Source: a virus. Taken from it: a stretch of DNA of 64,000 nt. Below the pieces are notes generated by a model that was not told the origin of the DNA, did no database searches, and saw only the letters and a program-made list of their open reading frames with translations. The translations under genes and the position numbers were made by a program. Of this stretch, positions 28,772 through 38,297 are shown piece after piece. Every line of letters begins with the position of its first letter. Within the stretch, counting starts at the first letter, position 1. The stretch is taken from the IMG/VR virus record IMGVR_UViG_3300013119_001061; one strand, written 5' to 3'.

Positions 28772-31370
28772 AAAGCTTGTTCCGTATGATGGAAAAGTAA
28801 TTGACCTATGTGTTGAAAATTCACACACGTATAACGTTGAAGGAAAAGCAGTTCACAATTCAGGCGCCGGCAGTTTAGTCAATTACTTGCTAGGAATCAC
28901 GCAGATTGACCCGATTCCATACGGTCTACTTTGGAGTCGATTCCTCGGCAGACACAGGACATCGTGGCCGGATATCGACTCGGATGCAGGAGATCGAGAT
29001 GCACTCATTGATGCCGCCCGAGAGCTGTTTGGTAATGATGCTGTTATTCCCGTAAGCAACTTTAATACACTCAAGCTAAAGTCAATTGTCAAGGATGTTG
29101 CTAAGTTCTATGATGTTCCTTTTCAAGAGGTAAATATCGTCACAGGACCATTACAAGCTGACGTAGAGCCTCATGCTCGAGATGCTAATACTGAGAAGTC
29201 GGTATTCGTTTTGACCCACGAGGATTGCATGAAGTATTCAGAGAAATATCTTGCTTTCATGACGAAATATCCGCATGTAGAAGATCATGTGAGCACGTTG
29301 TTTATGGAGCAAAAATCAATTGGCCGTCATGCAGGCGGTGTTCTTATTGCAGATGCACGTGAGCTTGAGAAGACAATCCCACTAATCTCAGTTCGAGGTG
29401 ACTTGCAAACTCCGTGGACTGAGGGAATGAACTTCAGAAACCTCGAAGATAATGGGTTCATTAAGTTTGATTTCCTCGGACTCACACTGATGAAAGATGT
29501 GGAAAATTGTATCCGAAGAATCCTCATTAAAGACGGGCAAAAGAATCCATCGTTTATGGATATCAAGGAATTCTTTGATAAAAACTTGAATTGTCGTACT
29601 ATTAAGCAAGATGATCCAAGGGTATGGGAGAATGTATATCACCAAAAGAACTTTGCCCCAGGCATCTTTCAGTTTACTGCGCAAGGAGCTCGAAACTTCT
29701 GTATGCAAGCTAAGCCTGAAAACATTGAGGAGCTCGGTGCAATCACAGCAATTTATCGACCGGGCCCACTGAAGGCAAATGTTCATATTGATTATGTCGC
29801 AGCAAAGAACGACCGAGACAATATCGTGTATGACCACCCAGTGATTGAGAAGATCCTCGGTGCAACTTGTGGATTCATCACGTTTCAAGAGCAGTTCATG
29901 ACTTTGGCAGTGGAACTAGCAGGATTTACGCCCGGCGAATCTGATAAAATGCGTAAGACGCTGGTGAAGAAGTCGCTTGACACAATCGGCAAAAAAGGTT
30001 CAGAACGTGATGCATTGCGCAAGAAGTTTGTTGAAGGTGCTGAGAGATTACATGATCTAGATCCGAAAATCACACATGCACTCTTCGACAAGATCGAGTT
30101 CTTCAGCCTGTATGGGTTTAATAAATCACATGCTATCTCTTACGCAATTGACAGTTACTACGCAGCATGGCTCTTTACTTATCACCCCAATGAGTGGATT
30201 GCAGCTGTTCTTCAATCTGAAAATGGAAGCCCGAAAAATCTGTCAAAAGCAATCCGCGAGGCAAAGGTTCTTGACTTCAAGTTCGAACAGTCAGACATCA
30301 ACTACTCGGGCATTGAGTGGGAATTTAACTATGAAAAGAACGCATTCATTCCGCCGCTAACCTCCATCAAAGGTTTGGGAAAGACGGCGATGGCAGAACT
30401 GATTAAGCATAGACCCTATGCGTCAGTCAAAGATCTGTTCTTTAATAAGCGCGGTGAATGGCGATTCTCAAAGGCAAATAAGACAACCTTCGGAGCGCTA
30501 TGTCAAATTGAGGCATTCTCATCACTTGACGAGCTTGAAAGCGGAGATATTGAAAATCACCGACAGCTTTATCACTTGATTGTGGACAATTACGATAAAA
30601 TCAAAAAAGCAAATGATGGAAAACAAAAGTGGTTGGATAAGCTTCCTGTCCTCGCTGAAAAAAATTATGAGGAGGTCAAAAAGATTATCAAGGTATTCGA
30701 AAAATACAAGAATGAAGACACTGCATTAAAAATGAAGGCAGTTGTTGAAGATTCAAATGTCATGGATTGGAACTATATTGACAATCTTTCATCTGAGCTT
30801 AGGGTATACGAGCACAATCAGCCTCGACGACAGCTGCAAGTCGACAGATGCTTCACCCGCCTAGAAGAGAACACTGTAAAAAGAGATAAAATCTTAGATA
30901 GGCTTGATCAATATTTCGATCTCAAAGAAGCAATCAAGGATTATGAAGATATCGAAGACTGGGCAAGAGATGAAAAGATTCGGCTATATCAAGAGATCAC
31001 GTCAGCAATCAATAACGAGCTTGTATTTCCGTCTGAAGTAATGGATAGAATCACGAGGACTGATATGCCGTCAGTATGTGAAATTGAGGGCGGCCAAAAG
31101 GCTGTGGCATGGGGTTGCATCGCCGAGGTTCAAAAGAAGAAGACGAAAAAGGGAAAAGATTTCTATCGTCTCAGAATGATCGATGAGCAAAACCGAAATT
31201 GCTGGCTCAGGGTTTGGGGTAAGTTCTTTGATTGGGGCGAAGAAAGAGGGCAGAAGGTTTATTATGAACCCCCTTCATTCTCTTATTGGTTGATGGAAGT
31301 TGACGTCGATCCGAATTGGGGAGCATCTACTGCAGCATGGAAAATGAGAAGGATACCTCTTGTTGATTAA
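28752..31370 (+). CDS. dnaE: Split-intein C-half (36 aa, 28752-28859) fused to DNA polymerase III alpha C-fragment
   Basis: ..DLCVENSHTYNVEGKAVHN|SGAGSLV; PDIDSD, GRHAGG, KFDFLGL, YRPGP, FQEQ, YGFNKSH. Confidence 0.93.
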   Translation: MTKLISKKLVPYDGKVIDLCVENSHTYNVEGKAVHNSGAGSLVNYLLGITQIDPIPYGLLWSRFLGRHRTSWPDIDSDAGDRDALIDAARELFGNDAVIPVSNFNTLKLKSIVKDVAKFYDVPFQEVNIVTGPLQADVEPHARDANTEKSVFVLTHEDCMKYSEKYLAFMTKYPHVEDHVSTLFMEQKSIGRHAGGVLIADARELEKTIPLISVRGDLQTPWTEGMNFRNLEDNGFIKFDFLGLTLMKDVENCIRRILIKDGQKNPSFMDIKEFFDKNLNCRTIKQDDPRVWENVYHQKNFAPGIFQFTAQGARNFCMQAKPENIEELGAITAIYRPGPLKANVHIDYVAAKNDRDNIVYDHPVIEKILGATCGFITFQEQFMTLAVELAGFTPGESDKMRKTLVKKSLDTIGKKGSERDALRKKFVEGAERLHDLDPKITHALFDKIEFFSLYGFNKSHAISYAIDSYYAAWLFTYHPNEWIAAVLQSENGSPKNLSKAIREAKVLDFKFEQSDINYSGIEWEFNYEKNAFIPPLTSIKGLGKTAMAELIKHRPYASVKDLFFNKRGEWRFSKANKTTFGALCQIEAFSSLDELESGDIENHRQLYHLIVDNYDKIKKANDGKQKWLDKLPVLAEKNYEEVKKIIKVFEKYKNEDTALKMKAVVEDSNVMDWNYIDNLSSELRVYEHNQPRRQLQVDRCFTRLEENTVKRDKILDRLDQYFDLKEAIKDYEDIEDWARDEKIRLYQEITSAINNELVFPSEVMDRITRTDMPSVCEIEGGQKAVAWGCIAEVQKKKTKKGKDFYRLRMIDEQNRNCWLRVWGKFFDWGEERGQKVYYEPPSFSYWLMEVDVDPNWGASTAAWKMRRIPLVD

Positions 31371-31551
31371 AGTTGGTGACTTGGTAAAAATTATAAAAGT
31401 ATCAACAGTTGATGATACTCATCTAGGAAAAATAGGAGTATTGATAGTGAATAAGGGCGTTGACAATAGTGGGTATCCACTGGATAAGATTCTTGTTAAT
31501 GGTGAAAAGATAAGTATATACCCAGATGGTTACGAGGTAATAGATGATTAA
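31360..31551 (+). CDS. Small KOW/SH3-like hypothetical protein
   Basis: KVGDLVKI..GKIGV; coupled to its neighbours. Confidence 0.5.
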   Translation: MLIKVGDLVKIIKVSTVDDTHLGKIGVLIVNKGVDNSGYPLDKILVNGEKISIYPDGYEVIDD

Positions 31552-32452
31552 GTTTCCGATAAACAAGATCTTCATCGAAGGCCCAGACCTTTCTGGTAAG
31601 TCATCATTATATAGGTCAATTCATGAGAAATCAAAGTTCAAATGGAACATCGATGACAGATCAACGTTATCAATGTGTGTGTATGCAAACCAGTATGACC
31701 GAGATGACTTCTATCTCCGCCAGAATCTAAGTTTAGAGCTTTCAAACCTGAACAATCACCTCGTGTTACTACTGCCAGATCTCGGCGTCATTCATGATAG
31801 ATTTCTGGATCGCGGCGACGAGTTTCAAGATGCTGATTCATTAGTCGATCTTCACCATAGGTTTGCTAAAGAGTTTGAAAAGGTTTGCATGTTGCCAAAC
31901 GTTCATGCATTCACTTCCGGGACTGCTGAAGAGCAAGCATCAAAAGTCATTGAAAATCTTTGTGAGTGGGAAGCAAGAACACCCAGGCAGATCGGAAAGC
32001 TGGTAAATGAGTTTGCAAAGTTCTCACCCAATCGTGAATGCACCACAATGCAGTTTCACTTCTACGACGACGGGACATTCGAAGGAGTCAATGACAATAT
32101 TGAGTTCACGCCCGGCGAAGAAGTATATTACGCCAAAATCCGCGGTAAGCTCATAGGAAAAATTGAGGATGAACTAGCAGGATTAAACTCATATATGCGC
32201 AAGGAAACCAAAACATCCCGAAGGTTCGTATTCGCAGGTGACGACTGCATATCATTTATTCAGGTGCTAGTCAGAGATGGATTAATGGATGTGCACTCAG
32301 TATTCAGGTCGTCAGATACCCAAAGAAAAACTGCAACTGACATTCAGCTCATTCATTACCTAGGCAGAGAGGCCGCCAAAATACTCAGATTGAACACAGA
32401 TGACTATCGATTCCGATTCCGATTTAACATAAACAGTGCACACGTAATATAG
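31544..32452 (+). CDS. dNMP kinase fused to a thymidylate-synthase-like (dCMP-type) domain
   Basis: IEGPDLSGKS and DRS in the N-half; CISFIQ..RDG..FRSSD..TATD..SAHV in the C-half. Confidence 0.75.
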   Translation: MIKFPINKIFIEGPDLSGKSSLYRSIHEKSKFKWNIDDRSTLSMCVYANQYDRDDFYLRQNLSLELSNLNNHLVLLLPDLGVIHDRFLDRGDEFQDADSLVDLHHRFAKEFEKVCMLPNVHAFTSGTAEEQASKVIENLCEWEARTPRQIGKLVNEFAKFSPNRECTTMQFHFYDDGTFEGVNDNIEFTPGEEVYYAKIRGKLIGKIEDELAGLNSYMRKETKTSRRFVFAGDDCISFIQVLVRDGLMDVHSVFRSSDTQRKTATDIQLIHYLGREAAKILRLNTDDYRFRFRFNINSAHVI

Positions 32453-32464
32453 GTAGAACACACT

Positions 32465-32689
32465 ATGATCAACGGAAAGCATATTAACATTGATGAGCTC
32501 AAGTGGTATAAACTAGAGCGAGGAAGACATAGATCACAGCTTGTCATAAATATAGACAAGATTGTTGAGTGTATTAATAATGATTGCTGGTCAGCTGATC
32601 TAAAAGCAGCACTAGCCCAAGCACAATATGCATATGACTCTGCGTCTTTTACAGAATATAAAATAGAACTATTAGAGGACAAAGATTGA
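32465..32689 (+). CDS. Hypothetical protein
   Basis: Compact ORF with RBS. Confidence 0.5.
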   Translation: MINGKHINIDELKWYKLERGRHRSQLVINIDKIVECINNDCWSADLKAALAQAQYAYDSASFTEYKIELLEDKD

Positions 32690-33105
32690 CACAAAAAACA
32701 AAGAAAAAAATCTGGTCGGATTCATCAATACTCAAATCAATTAAAAACCCAACACCAGACTCATACGAAGTAAAAATCAAAGCTCCCGAAGTTACGTTCA
32801 TGGGTGGAAAAAATAAGCCAGATTTTGCGTCTGTGTATTTAATTATGTATCCGCAAGATCATGTAGTTGAACTCAAATCTTTAAAGCTATATTTTTATCA
32901 ATTCCGTGAAAAGCTCTTTTCATATGAAAGAATAATTAATGTAATTTATGATGATCTCATGAAAGTATACAAGCCAGAAAGATTAAGAGTAATGATAGAT
33001 TTTAATCCTCGAGGTGGAATATCATCAAGATTGACAATCGACTCAGACTGGAAATCTCGAGGCGGAAAAGATAAGTTTAAAAATTGGAATGAGAGCCCGT
33101 GGTAA
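32686..33105 (+). CDS. QueF-like T-fold protein lacking the catalytic Cys
   Basis: PEVT..PDFA, VELKSLKLY, FNPRGGI. Confidence 0.8.
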   Translation: MTQKTKKKIWSDSSILKSIKNPTPDSYEVKIKAPEVTFMGGKNKPDFASVYLIMYPQDHVVELKSLKLYFYQFREKLFSYERIINVIYDDLMKVYKPERLRVMIDFNPRGGISSRLTIDSDWKSRGGKDKFKNWNESPW

Positions 33106-33545
33106 AAAACAAGCTCAAAGTAGGATTCACATGCAGCAGTTTCGACCTATTGCATCCAGGGCACGTTGTAATGCTCAAGGATTGCAAGAATGTATGTGAC
33201 TATTTGATTGTCGGGTTACAAACTGATCCAACGATTGACCGCAAGGACAAAAACAAGCCAATCCAGACATTCCGCGAAAGAGAGCTTATGATTCGCTCTA
33301 TTAAGTACGTCGATGAGGTTGCCAAGTATGAGACTGAAGCAGAGCTTTATGAGCTAATCAAGGATTTAAATCCAGAAGTCAGAATTTTGGGAACCGACTG
33401 GAAAGACAAAGAGTTTACTGGGCATGATCTTGAAATTCCGATTCACTGGCACAATCGTGATCATGACTGGTCAACATCAGAATTAAGAAGTAGAATTTAC
33501 CGAGTAGAGCTAGACAAAATGGAAAGATTAATGGGGCGTCTATGA
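33099..33545 (+). CDS. Cytidylyltransferase (TagD/RfaE-like)
   Basis: SFDLLHPGH, LIVGL, GTDW, STSELR. Confidence 0.88.
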   Translation: MVKNKLKVGFTCSSFDLLHPGHVVMLKDCKNVCDYLIVGLQTDPTIDRKDKNKPIQTFRERELMIRSIKYVDEVAKYETEAELYELIKDLNPEVRILGTDWKDKEFTGHDLEIPIHWHNRDHDWSTSELRSRIYRVELDKMERLMGRL

Positions 33546-34471
33546 GTAGAAAAGCATTAGTAACAGGCGCAGCAGGATTCATCGGCTCAAACTTGGTTCG
33601 AAAGCTGCTTGAAGAAGGCTGGAGTGTCACGGGTGTCGACGACCTCAGCTCTGGGCATCTTGAGTTAGTTGAGGGTTGTAAGGGCCTCCGACTCATTGTC
33701 GATGACTTTGCAGGAGCGCAAGCAATAGCTGAGATAGAAAGGGGCGACTACGATGTTGTGTTTCATGTCGCCGCAATCCCACGAGTAAGCTACTCAGTTG
33801 AGCACCCATCAGAGACAACTCTGACAAATATCGCAAAGACAGTCAAGTTAATGGAAGCATGTCGAGGAACTATTGACAGGTTCGTGTTCTCATCGTCATC
33901 GTCAGTCTACGGCGGCGCCGAGATCATGCCTACACCGACTGATCACCCGCGAGATCCCAAGTCGCCATATGCATGGCACAAGTCGTCAATCGAAGATCTA
34001 CTTCGAATGTTCGGCAACCTTCATGATTTTGACTCTGTGTGTCTGAGATACTTTAATGTCTTCGGCCCAAATCAATATGGTGACTCGCCGTATTCAACAG
34101 CTATATCTGCTTGGTGTCATGCAATCAAGCACGGAACGCCCCTTCGATCTGACGGAACTGGCGAGCAATCACGTGACATGTGCTATGTTGACAATGTAGT
34201 TGACATGAACATTCGGGCTGCAAATCACGCCGAGTCTTTAAGAGGAGAATCATTCAATGTTGCATGCGGAGATCGAACGACAAATAACGAAATCCTCGAG
34301 GCACTAAAAGAGAGATTCGGAGATCTGGATATCAATCATGCACCACCCCGCCCCGGCGACGTTATGCACACCCAGGCAGATATCTCAGAGACAGAACGAG
34401 TATTTGGATACAAGCCGCTGGTAAAATTTTGGCCCGGGTTCCAGAAAACGCTAGAGTGGTGGGATATTTAA
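33542..34471 (+). CDS. NDP-sugar epimerase (GalE/WbpP-like)
   Basis: TGAAGFIGS, SSSSVYG, YAWHK, LRYFNVFGP, RPGDV. Confidence 0.9.
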   Translation: MSRKALVTGAAGFIGSNLVRKLLEEGWSVTGVDDLSSGHLELVEGCKGLRLIVDDFAGAQAIAEIERGDYDVVFHVAAIPRVSYSVEHPSETTLTNIAKTVKLMEACRGTIDRFVFSSSSSVYGGAEIMPTPTDHPRDPKSPYAWHKSSIEDLLRMFGNLHDFDSVCLRYFNVFGPNQYGDSPYSTAISAWCHAIKHGTPLRSDGTGEQSRDMCYVDNVVDMNIRAANHAESLRGESFNVACGDRTTNNEILEALKERFGDLDINHAPPRPGDVMHTQADISETERVFGYKPLVKFWPGFQKTLEWWDI

Positions 34472-34495
34472 TCATACCGACACGAGGATAATGAT

Positions 34496-34807
34496 ATGAA
34501 AATAACTCTCGCTGAGCTAAGATGCTTAATTAAAGAAGCAATTGCTGATACAGGCGACTCTTTCGACCCACTTTCATTCCTAAGAAGATCAAGGAAGGTA
34601 AACTATAAACCCCTACCAGATAGCATGCGACGAGAGTATGATGCAGCCACTACGATATTGAGCACCGCAAGTGATACAATGTCTCTTGAAGAGCTTATTC
34701 ATTCACTTGAAACCGACGAGAACCCCATAGAGAGATCTGCCGCTGATCCTCGGTATGCGCAGATTGAGCTAGCATGGATCGAGCACCAGCATGCACAGAA
34801 GGCATAG
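34496..34807 (+). CDS. Hypothetical protein with N-terminal leader (putative virion protein)
   Basis: MKITLAELRCLIKEAI; ATATTTA at 34464. Confidence 0.6.
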   Translation: MKITLAELRCLIKEAIADTGDSFDPLSFLRRSRKVNYKPLPDSMRREYDAATTILSTASDTMSLEELIHSLETDENPIERSAADPRYAQIELAWIEHQHAQKA

Positions 34808-34816
34808 CAACTTAGA

Positions 34817-35323
34817 TTGGAACTTTCCCTTGGGATAAAGAACAAAAAGATTAGGATCGCGTTCTACAAAGGGCCAATGAACTGGCGAACGTGGATTGTC
34901 AAGTGGCGAACTGGCGGAACATATACTCACTGTGAATTAGTGATGCCGTCAGGCGACTGTATTGGTATTTCACCAGAAGATTCACCGCCAAGAATCAGGA
35001 TGAAGCGACAAGAACTACCCGATGATGATTGGGATTTCATCGACATAATGGTCGACAAGATCCAGATCATAAAGATCATTTCGTTTTTCAATAGCACATA
35101 CGGGCATAAATACGACTGGTTCGGGATGGTGATGTCATATGCTTCGCCTTGGTTCATCAAACATGAGAGAAAATGGTACTGCAGTCAATGGATTGCGACG
35201 CTGCTCACAGTGTCTGATGTTTATTCATTTAACTATATCAAGATGTCGCCGACAAAACTATATGACATGCTGAGCATGAAAGTCAATAACGGATTAATCG
35301 ACGGATCAGTAGAAGATGCATGA
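34817..35323 (+). CDS. Permuted papain-like NlpC/P60 (YiiX-like) enzyme
   Basis: YTHCELV..KYDW..WYCSQW (His before Cys). Confidence 0.75.
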   Translation: MELSLGIKNKKIRIAFYKGPMNWRTWIVKWRTGGTYTHCELVMPSGDCIGISPEDSPPRIRMKRQELPDDDWDFIDIMVDKIQIIKIISFFNSTYGHKYDWFGMVMSYASPWFIKHERKWYCSQWIATLLTVSDVYSFNYIKMSPTKLYDMLSMKVNNGLIDGSVEDA

Positions 35324-35402
35324 TCTCTTTTCTAGCGAGTGGTTCAAAATTGCAATGGTTGCATTACTCATCATCGCTCTAAGGGCCTCGGGAAAGCAAT
35401 AA
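35316..35402 (+). CDS. Tiny single-TM peptide (28 aa; not in the ORF track)
   Basis: MHDLFSSEWFKIAMVALLIIALRASGKQ*, coupled to both neighbours. Confidence 0.4.
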   Translation: MHDLFSSEWFKIAMVALLIIALRASGKQ

Positions 35403-35885
35403 ATGATATTAAGTTTAATTTTAGCTGCAAATATTTGTAATAGCCCAATAAAATTAAACACTGGGTATATTTCTTCCCATTATGGCCCGAGGCAAATGAT
35501 TAAGAACGGCTTAGTGTCACACCACGACGGAGTTGATATTGCAGCAAAAGTTGGGACACCAATCTATTCAATTCAGGCAGGTAAGATAAAGTCAGTTCAT
35601 ATTCAAGACGATGGAGCAAAGATTGTCGACACTATTTCAGTTGATGATCAAGGTGTTTCCAGGATTATACGATATGCTCACCTAAGCAAATTTTCTGTCA
35701 CAGAAGGTCAGCTTATTGAATCGGGTGGATTAATCGGTTATGTGGGAATGACTGGGAATACAACCGGCCCACACGTTCATATTTCAACAGCCCTTTATGT
35801 TCACAATAAGGGTAAATACATTCATCAAAATCCCGAAAAAGTTTTAAACCTCTGTAAATACAAGGTGAAAATTGAGTATAAATAA
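35403..35885 (+). CDS. M23 family metallopeptidase (paralog of 5776)
   Basis: HDGVDI, YAHL, VGMTGNTTGPHVH. Confidence 0.88.
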   Translation: MILSLILAANICNSPIKLNTGYISSHYGPRQMIKNGLVSHHDGVDIAAKVGTPIYSIQAGKIKSVHIQDDGAKIVDTISVDDQGVSRIIRYAHLSKFSVTEGQLIESGGLIGYVGMTGNTTGPHVHISTALYVHNKGKYIHQNPEKVLNLCKYKVKIEYK

Positions 35886-35937
35886 AGCAGCTCTGTCAAT
35901 CACTAGCAAGGTTTTTAAAAATAAATGAAAAAAAGAG

Positions 35938-35964
35938 GAAACCCTCTCGAAAAATGTCCGATAA
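35938..35964 (+). promoter_or_regulatory. Sigma-28 (FliA/WhiG)-like promoter
   Basis: GAAA-N15-TCCGATAA versus consensus TAAA-N15-GCCGATAA; followed by GGGAGG RBS. Confidence 0.55.
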
Positions 35965-36000
35965 TATAGATAGGAAAACAATTAATGGGAGGTTTTCAAA

Positions 36001-36825
36001 ATGGTAGTTGGAATTAATTCTCTTGGGACACGCGTTAATAAAGCAATGGATAATCTTGGTTACCCAGATGCAATTGGCGATATTGTCGGAGCCCAAACTG
36101 ATCTTGCAACCTTTAACATCTCAGGCGCAGTTCAAAACTGGAAAGATCTATTCTCAGGAATGCCGACTGCAAAGTTTCTAACTAAACCATCTGATGCAAT
36201 TGCGCGATCACGACAATTGCATAGTGACACATATGCAGCAGGTTCAGGTGGAACATTGGCTACTGCACTCCAAAAGATGGACGGCGAACTCATGGATCTT
36301 ATGAAAGCTGCAGGTTCAAAAGTAGGTTCATTAATGAATCAACAAGGGAGTGGCCAAGCTGACCTTGGCGATCTGGTCGGCCCAAATGCACCAATTGAAG
36401 ACCGAATTGCAGCTTTCTTGTTCAAGCAAATGAAGGAAAGCGATAAAGCTCTTGAAGCACAAATGAAGAAATACGAAGCTATCGGTAAATCTACCAAAAA
36501 GAAATCGGGTGGATTCTTTGGTTCAATCAAATCTGCATTCAAATCAGTTGCATCATCTGCATTTTCAATCGGCGGAGGAGCGCTCGGCGGAATGATCGGC
36601 GGTCCAATCGGAACCAAACTCGGTTCTGCGTTCGGCGGCGGATTATTCGGCGGAATGTTCGGCAAGAAAAAAGCAGCTAGTAGTGACAAGGAACATTCAA
36701 AATCAGTAATGAACTTTAAGATTCAGCAATTGATGAACAAAAGGGCACAATTACATGACTTAATATCTAATGTTTTAAAAACGATGCATTCAATGAGCAT
36801 GAATTGCATTAGAAATATAAAATAA
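36001..36825 (+). CDS. T3SS-substrate-like protein (needle/tip/translocon-like C-terminal helix)
   Basis: Gly-rich hydrophobic hairpin, coiled coil, C-terminus IQQLMNKRAQLHDLISNVLKTMHSMSMNCIRNIK. Confidence 0.55.
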   Translation: MVVGINSLGTRVNKAMDNLGYPDAIGDIVGAQTDLATFNISGAVQNWKDLFSGMPTAKFLTKPSDAIARSRQLHSDTYAAGSGGTLATALQKMDGELMDLMKAAGSKVGSLMNQQGSGQADLGDLVGPNAPIEDRIAAFLFKQMKESDKALEAQMKKYEAIGKSTKKKSGGFFGSIKSAFKSVASSAFSIGGGALGGMIGGPIGTKLGSAFGGGLFGGMFGKKKAASSDKEHSKSVMNFKIQQLMNKRAQLHDLISNVLKTMHSMSMNCIRNIK

Positions 36826-36840
36826 TAAATATTTATCAAT

Positions 36841-37803
36841 ATGTTAGTTGAAACATTTTACATAGTTCCGGCAGATGGAAAACAAAAAAACCCAAGAAAG
36901 AAGCTGGTTGCTAAATTTAGTTGTGATATATGCAGTGAAGAATTTCAATCTTCAAATTCAATAAAAAAGAAGATTAAAAGAAATAATCACTTTTGTTCTA
37001 AGTTTTGTTTCGGTGAATCTTTAAGAAATTCTGGTCATTTAAGACGACAGATAGAAGATACAAATTTAAAAAAGTATGGAGTAAAAAATCCTGCGTCACT
37101 CAAAGAAACTAAAGAGAAAATAGAGAACACTAGATTAAAAAAGTATGGTGTAAAGCACTTGATGCAATCGCAGGAATTCTTAGACAAGAGGGTTAAAACA
37201 TATATTAAGAATCTTGGTGTTGATAATCCGTCAAAATCAAAAGAAGTTCAAGATAAGAAGGTTATGACTAGCATAAAGAACCACGGAGCAACTCATCCGC
37301 ACATGAGTAAAAAAATACAAGAAAAATATAAGAAAACATGTAGGGAGAGGTTTGGTGTAGATAACCCGCTATCAAATAACAGGGTAAGAGAAAAATGCAA
37401 AGAAACGCTTGTGAAAAGATATGGTGTAGAGTTTTCACTACAGTCTGACGAGATAATTGAAAAATTTTATAAAACAAAATTTGGAATATCAAGAAGCGAC
37501 TACATTGCACAACTGCCAGAGTTTGAAAACTACAAAAGAGAAGTAAGTAAGATCACAAACCAACAACCCATTCACTTGCTAGAAAACTCTAATAAAAATA
37601 GAGGTAAAGGTGAAGACGACTACCAGCTTGATCACATGTTTTCAAAGCGGGAAGGTTTTTTACAAGATATAGATTCAGAAATAATTGGAAATATATGCAA
37701 TCTTGAATTCATCCCGGCAAGAGAAAATATATCAAAGGGAAAAGATTGCTCGATATCAAAAGAAGAACTAATAAAAAGATTCAACGAATCAGATAAGGAA
37801 TAA
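36841..37803 (+). mobile_element. Homing-endonuclease-like gene (Zn finger, KYGVxNP repeats, HNH-like C-terminus)
   Basis: CDIC..CSKFC; about six (K/R)YGVxxP repeats; LDHMFS..NLEFIPARENISK. Confidence 0.75.
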
Positions 37804-37806
37804 AAA

Positions 37807-38295
37807 ATGACCGGTATCAATAGATTAAACAGTGGAAATTCAATTCGAGTTAATTCGGCACCGCTTCATACCCGACAAACTGCAAGAAATGATTTTGGGT
37901 CACAGATAGGCCGCGGAGTTGCTAACGGTGCAAATGCTGTAGCTGGCGCTGTTGCAGTTGCTGCACCATTCGTCCCAGGCGGAGCGGTTGTAAGTGCTAC
38001 CATAAATCAAGCAGCAGGCGCCATCGGCAATTACGCCCCAGGTGGAACAATGAATACTCCGGGCCAGATGCCGGGACCAAATACCCAAATTGGTGCTGGT
38101 CAAGCCGGAACCTCAAGCACACAATCACTGATGGATCAAACTAAGCAAATGCAGGAGATGCAGATGTCGTTCAATCTACAATATCTAAATCTTCAAAATA
38201 AGATGCAAAATGAGAATCGTCAATATAGTACTATCTCAAATGTCCTTAAAGCAAAGTCAGATACTGCTAAGAACGCAATAAATAATATACGCTAA
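37807..38295 (+). CDS. T3SS needle/filament subunit-like protein (SctF/EspA-like C-terminus)
   Basis: LQYLNLQNKMQNENRQYSTISNVLKAKSDTAKNAINNIR matches the SctF pattern LQ..x..SNx.K..xD....IxN.R. Confidence 0.65.
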   Translation: MTGINRLNSGNSIRVNSAPLHTRQTARNDFGSQIGRGVANGANAVAGAVAVAAPFVPGGAVVSATINQAAGAIGNYAPGGTMNTPGQMPGPNTQIGAGQAGTSSTQSLMDQTKQMQEMQMSFNLQYLNLQNKMQNENRQYSTISNVLKAKSDTAKNAINNIR

Positions 38296-38297
38296 AA

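Noticed and set aside
37060-37450. CRISPR-like or tandem DNA repeat
   Set aside because: The periodicity is degenerate and protein-level (KYGVxNP units), not identical DNA repeats with spacers
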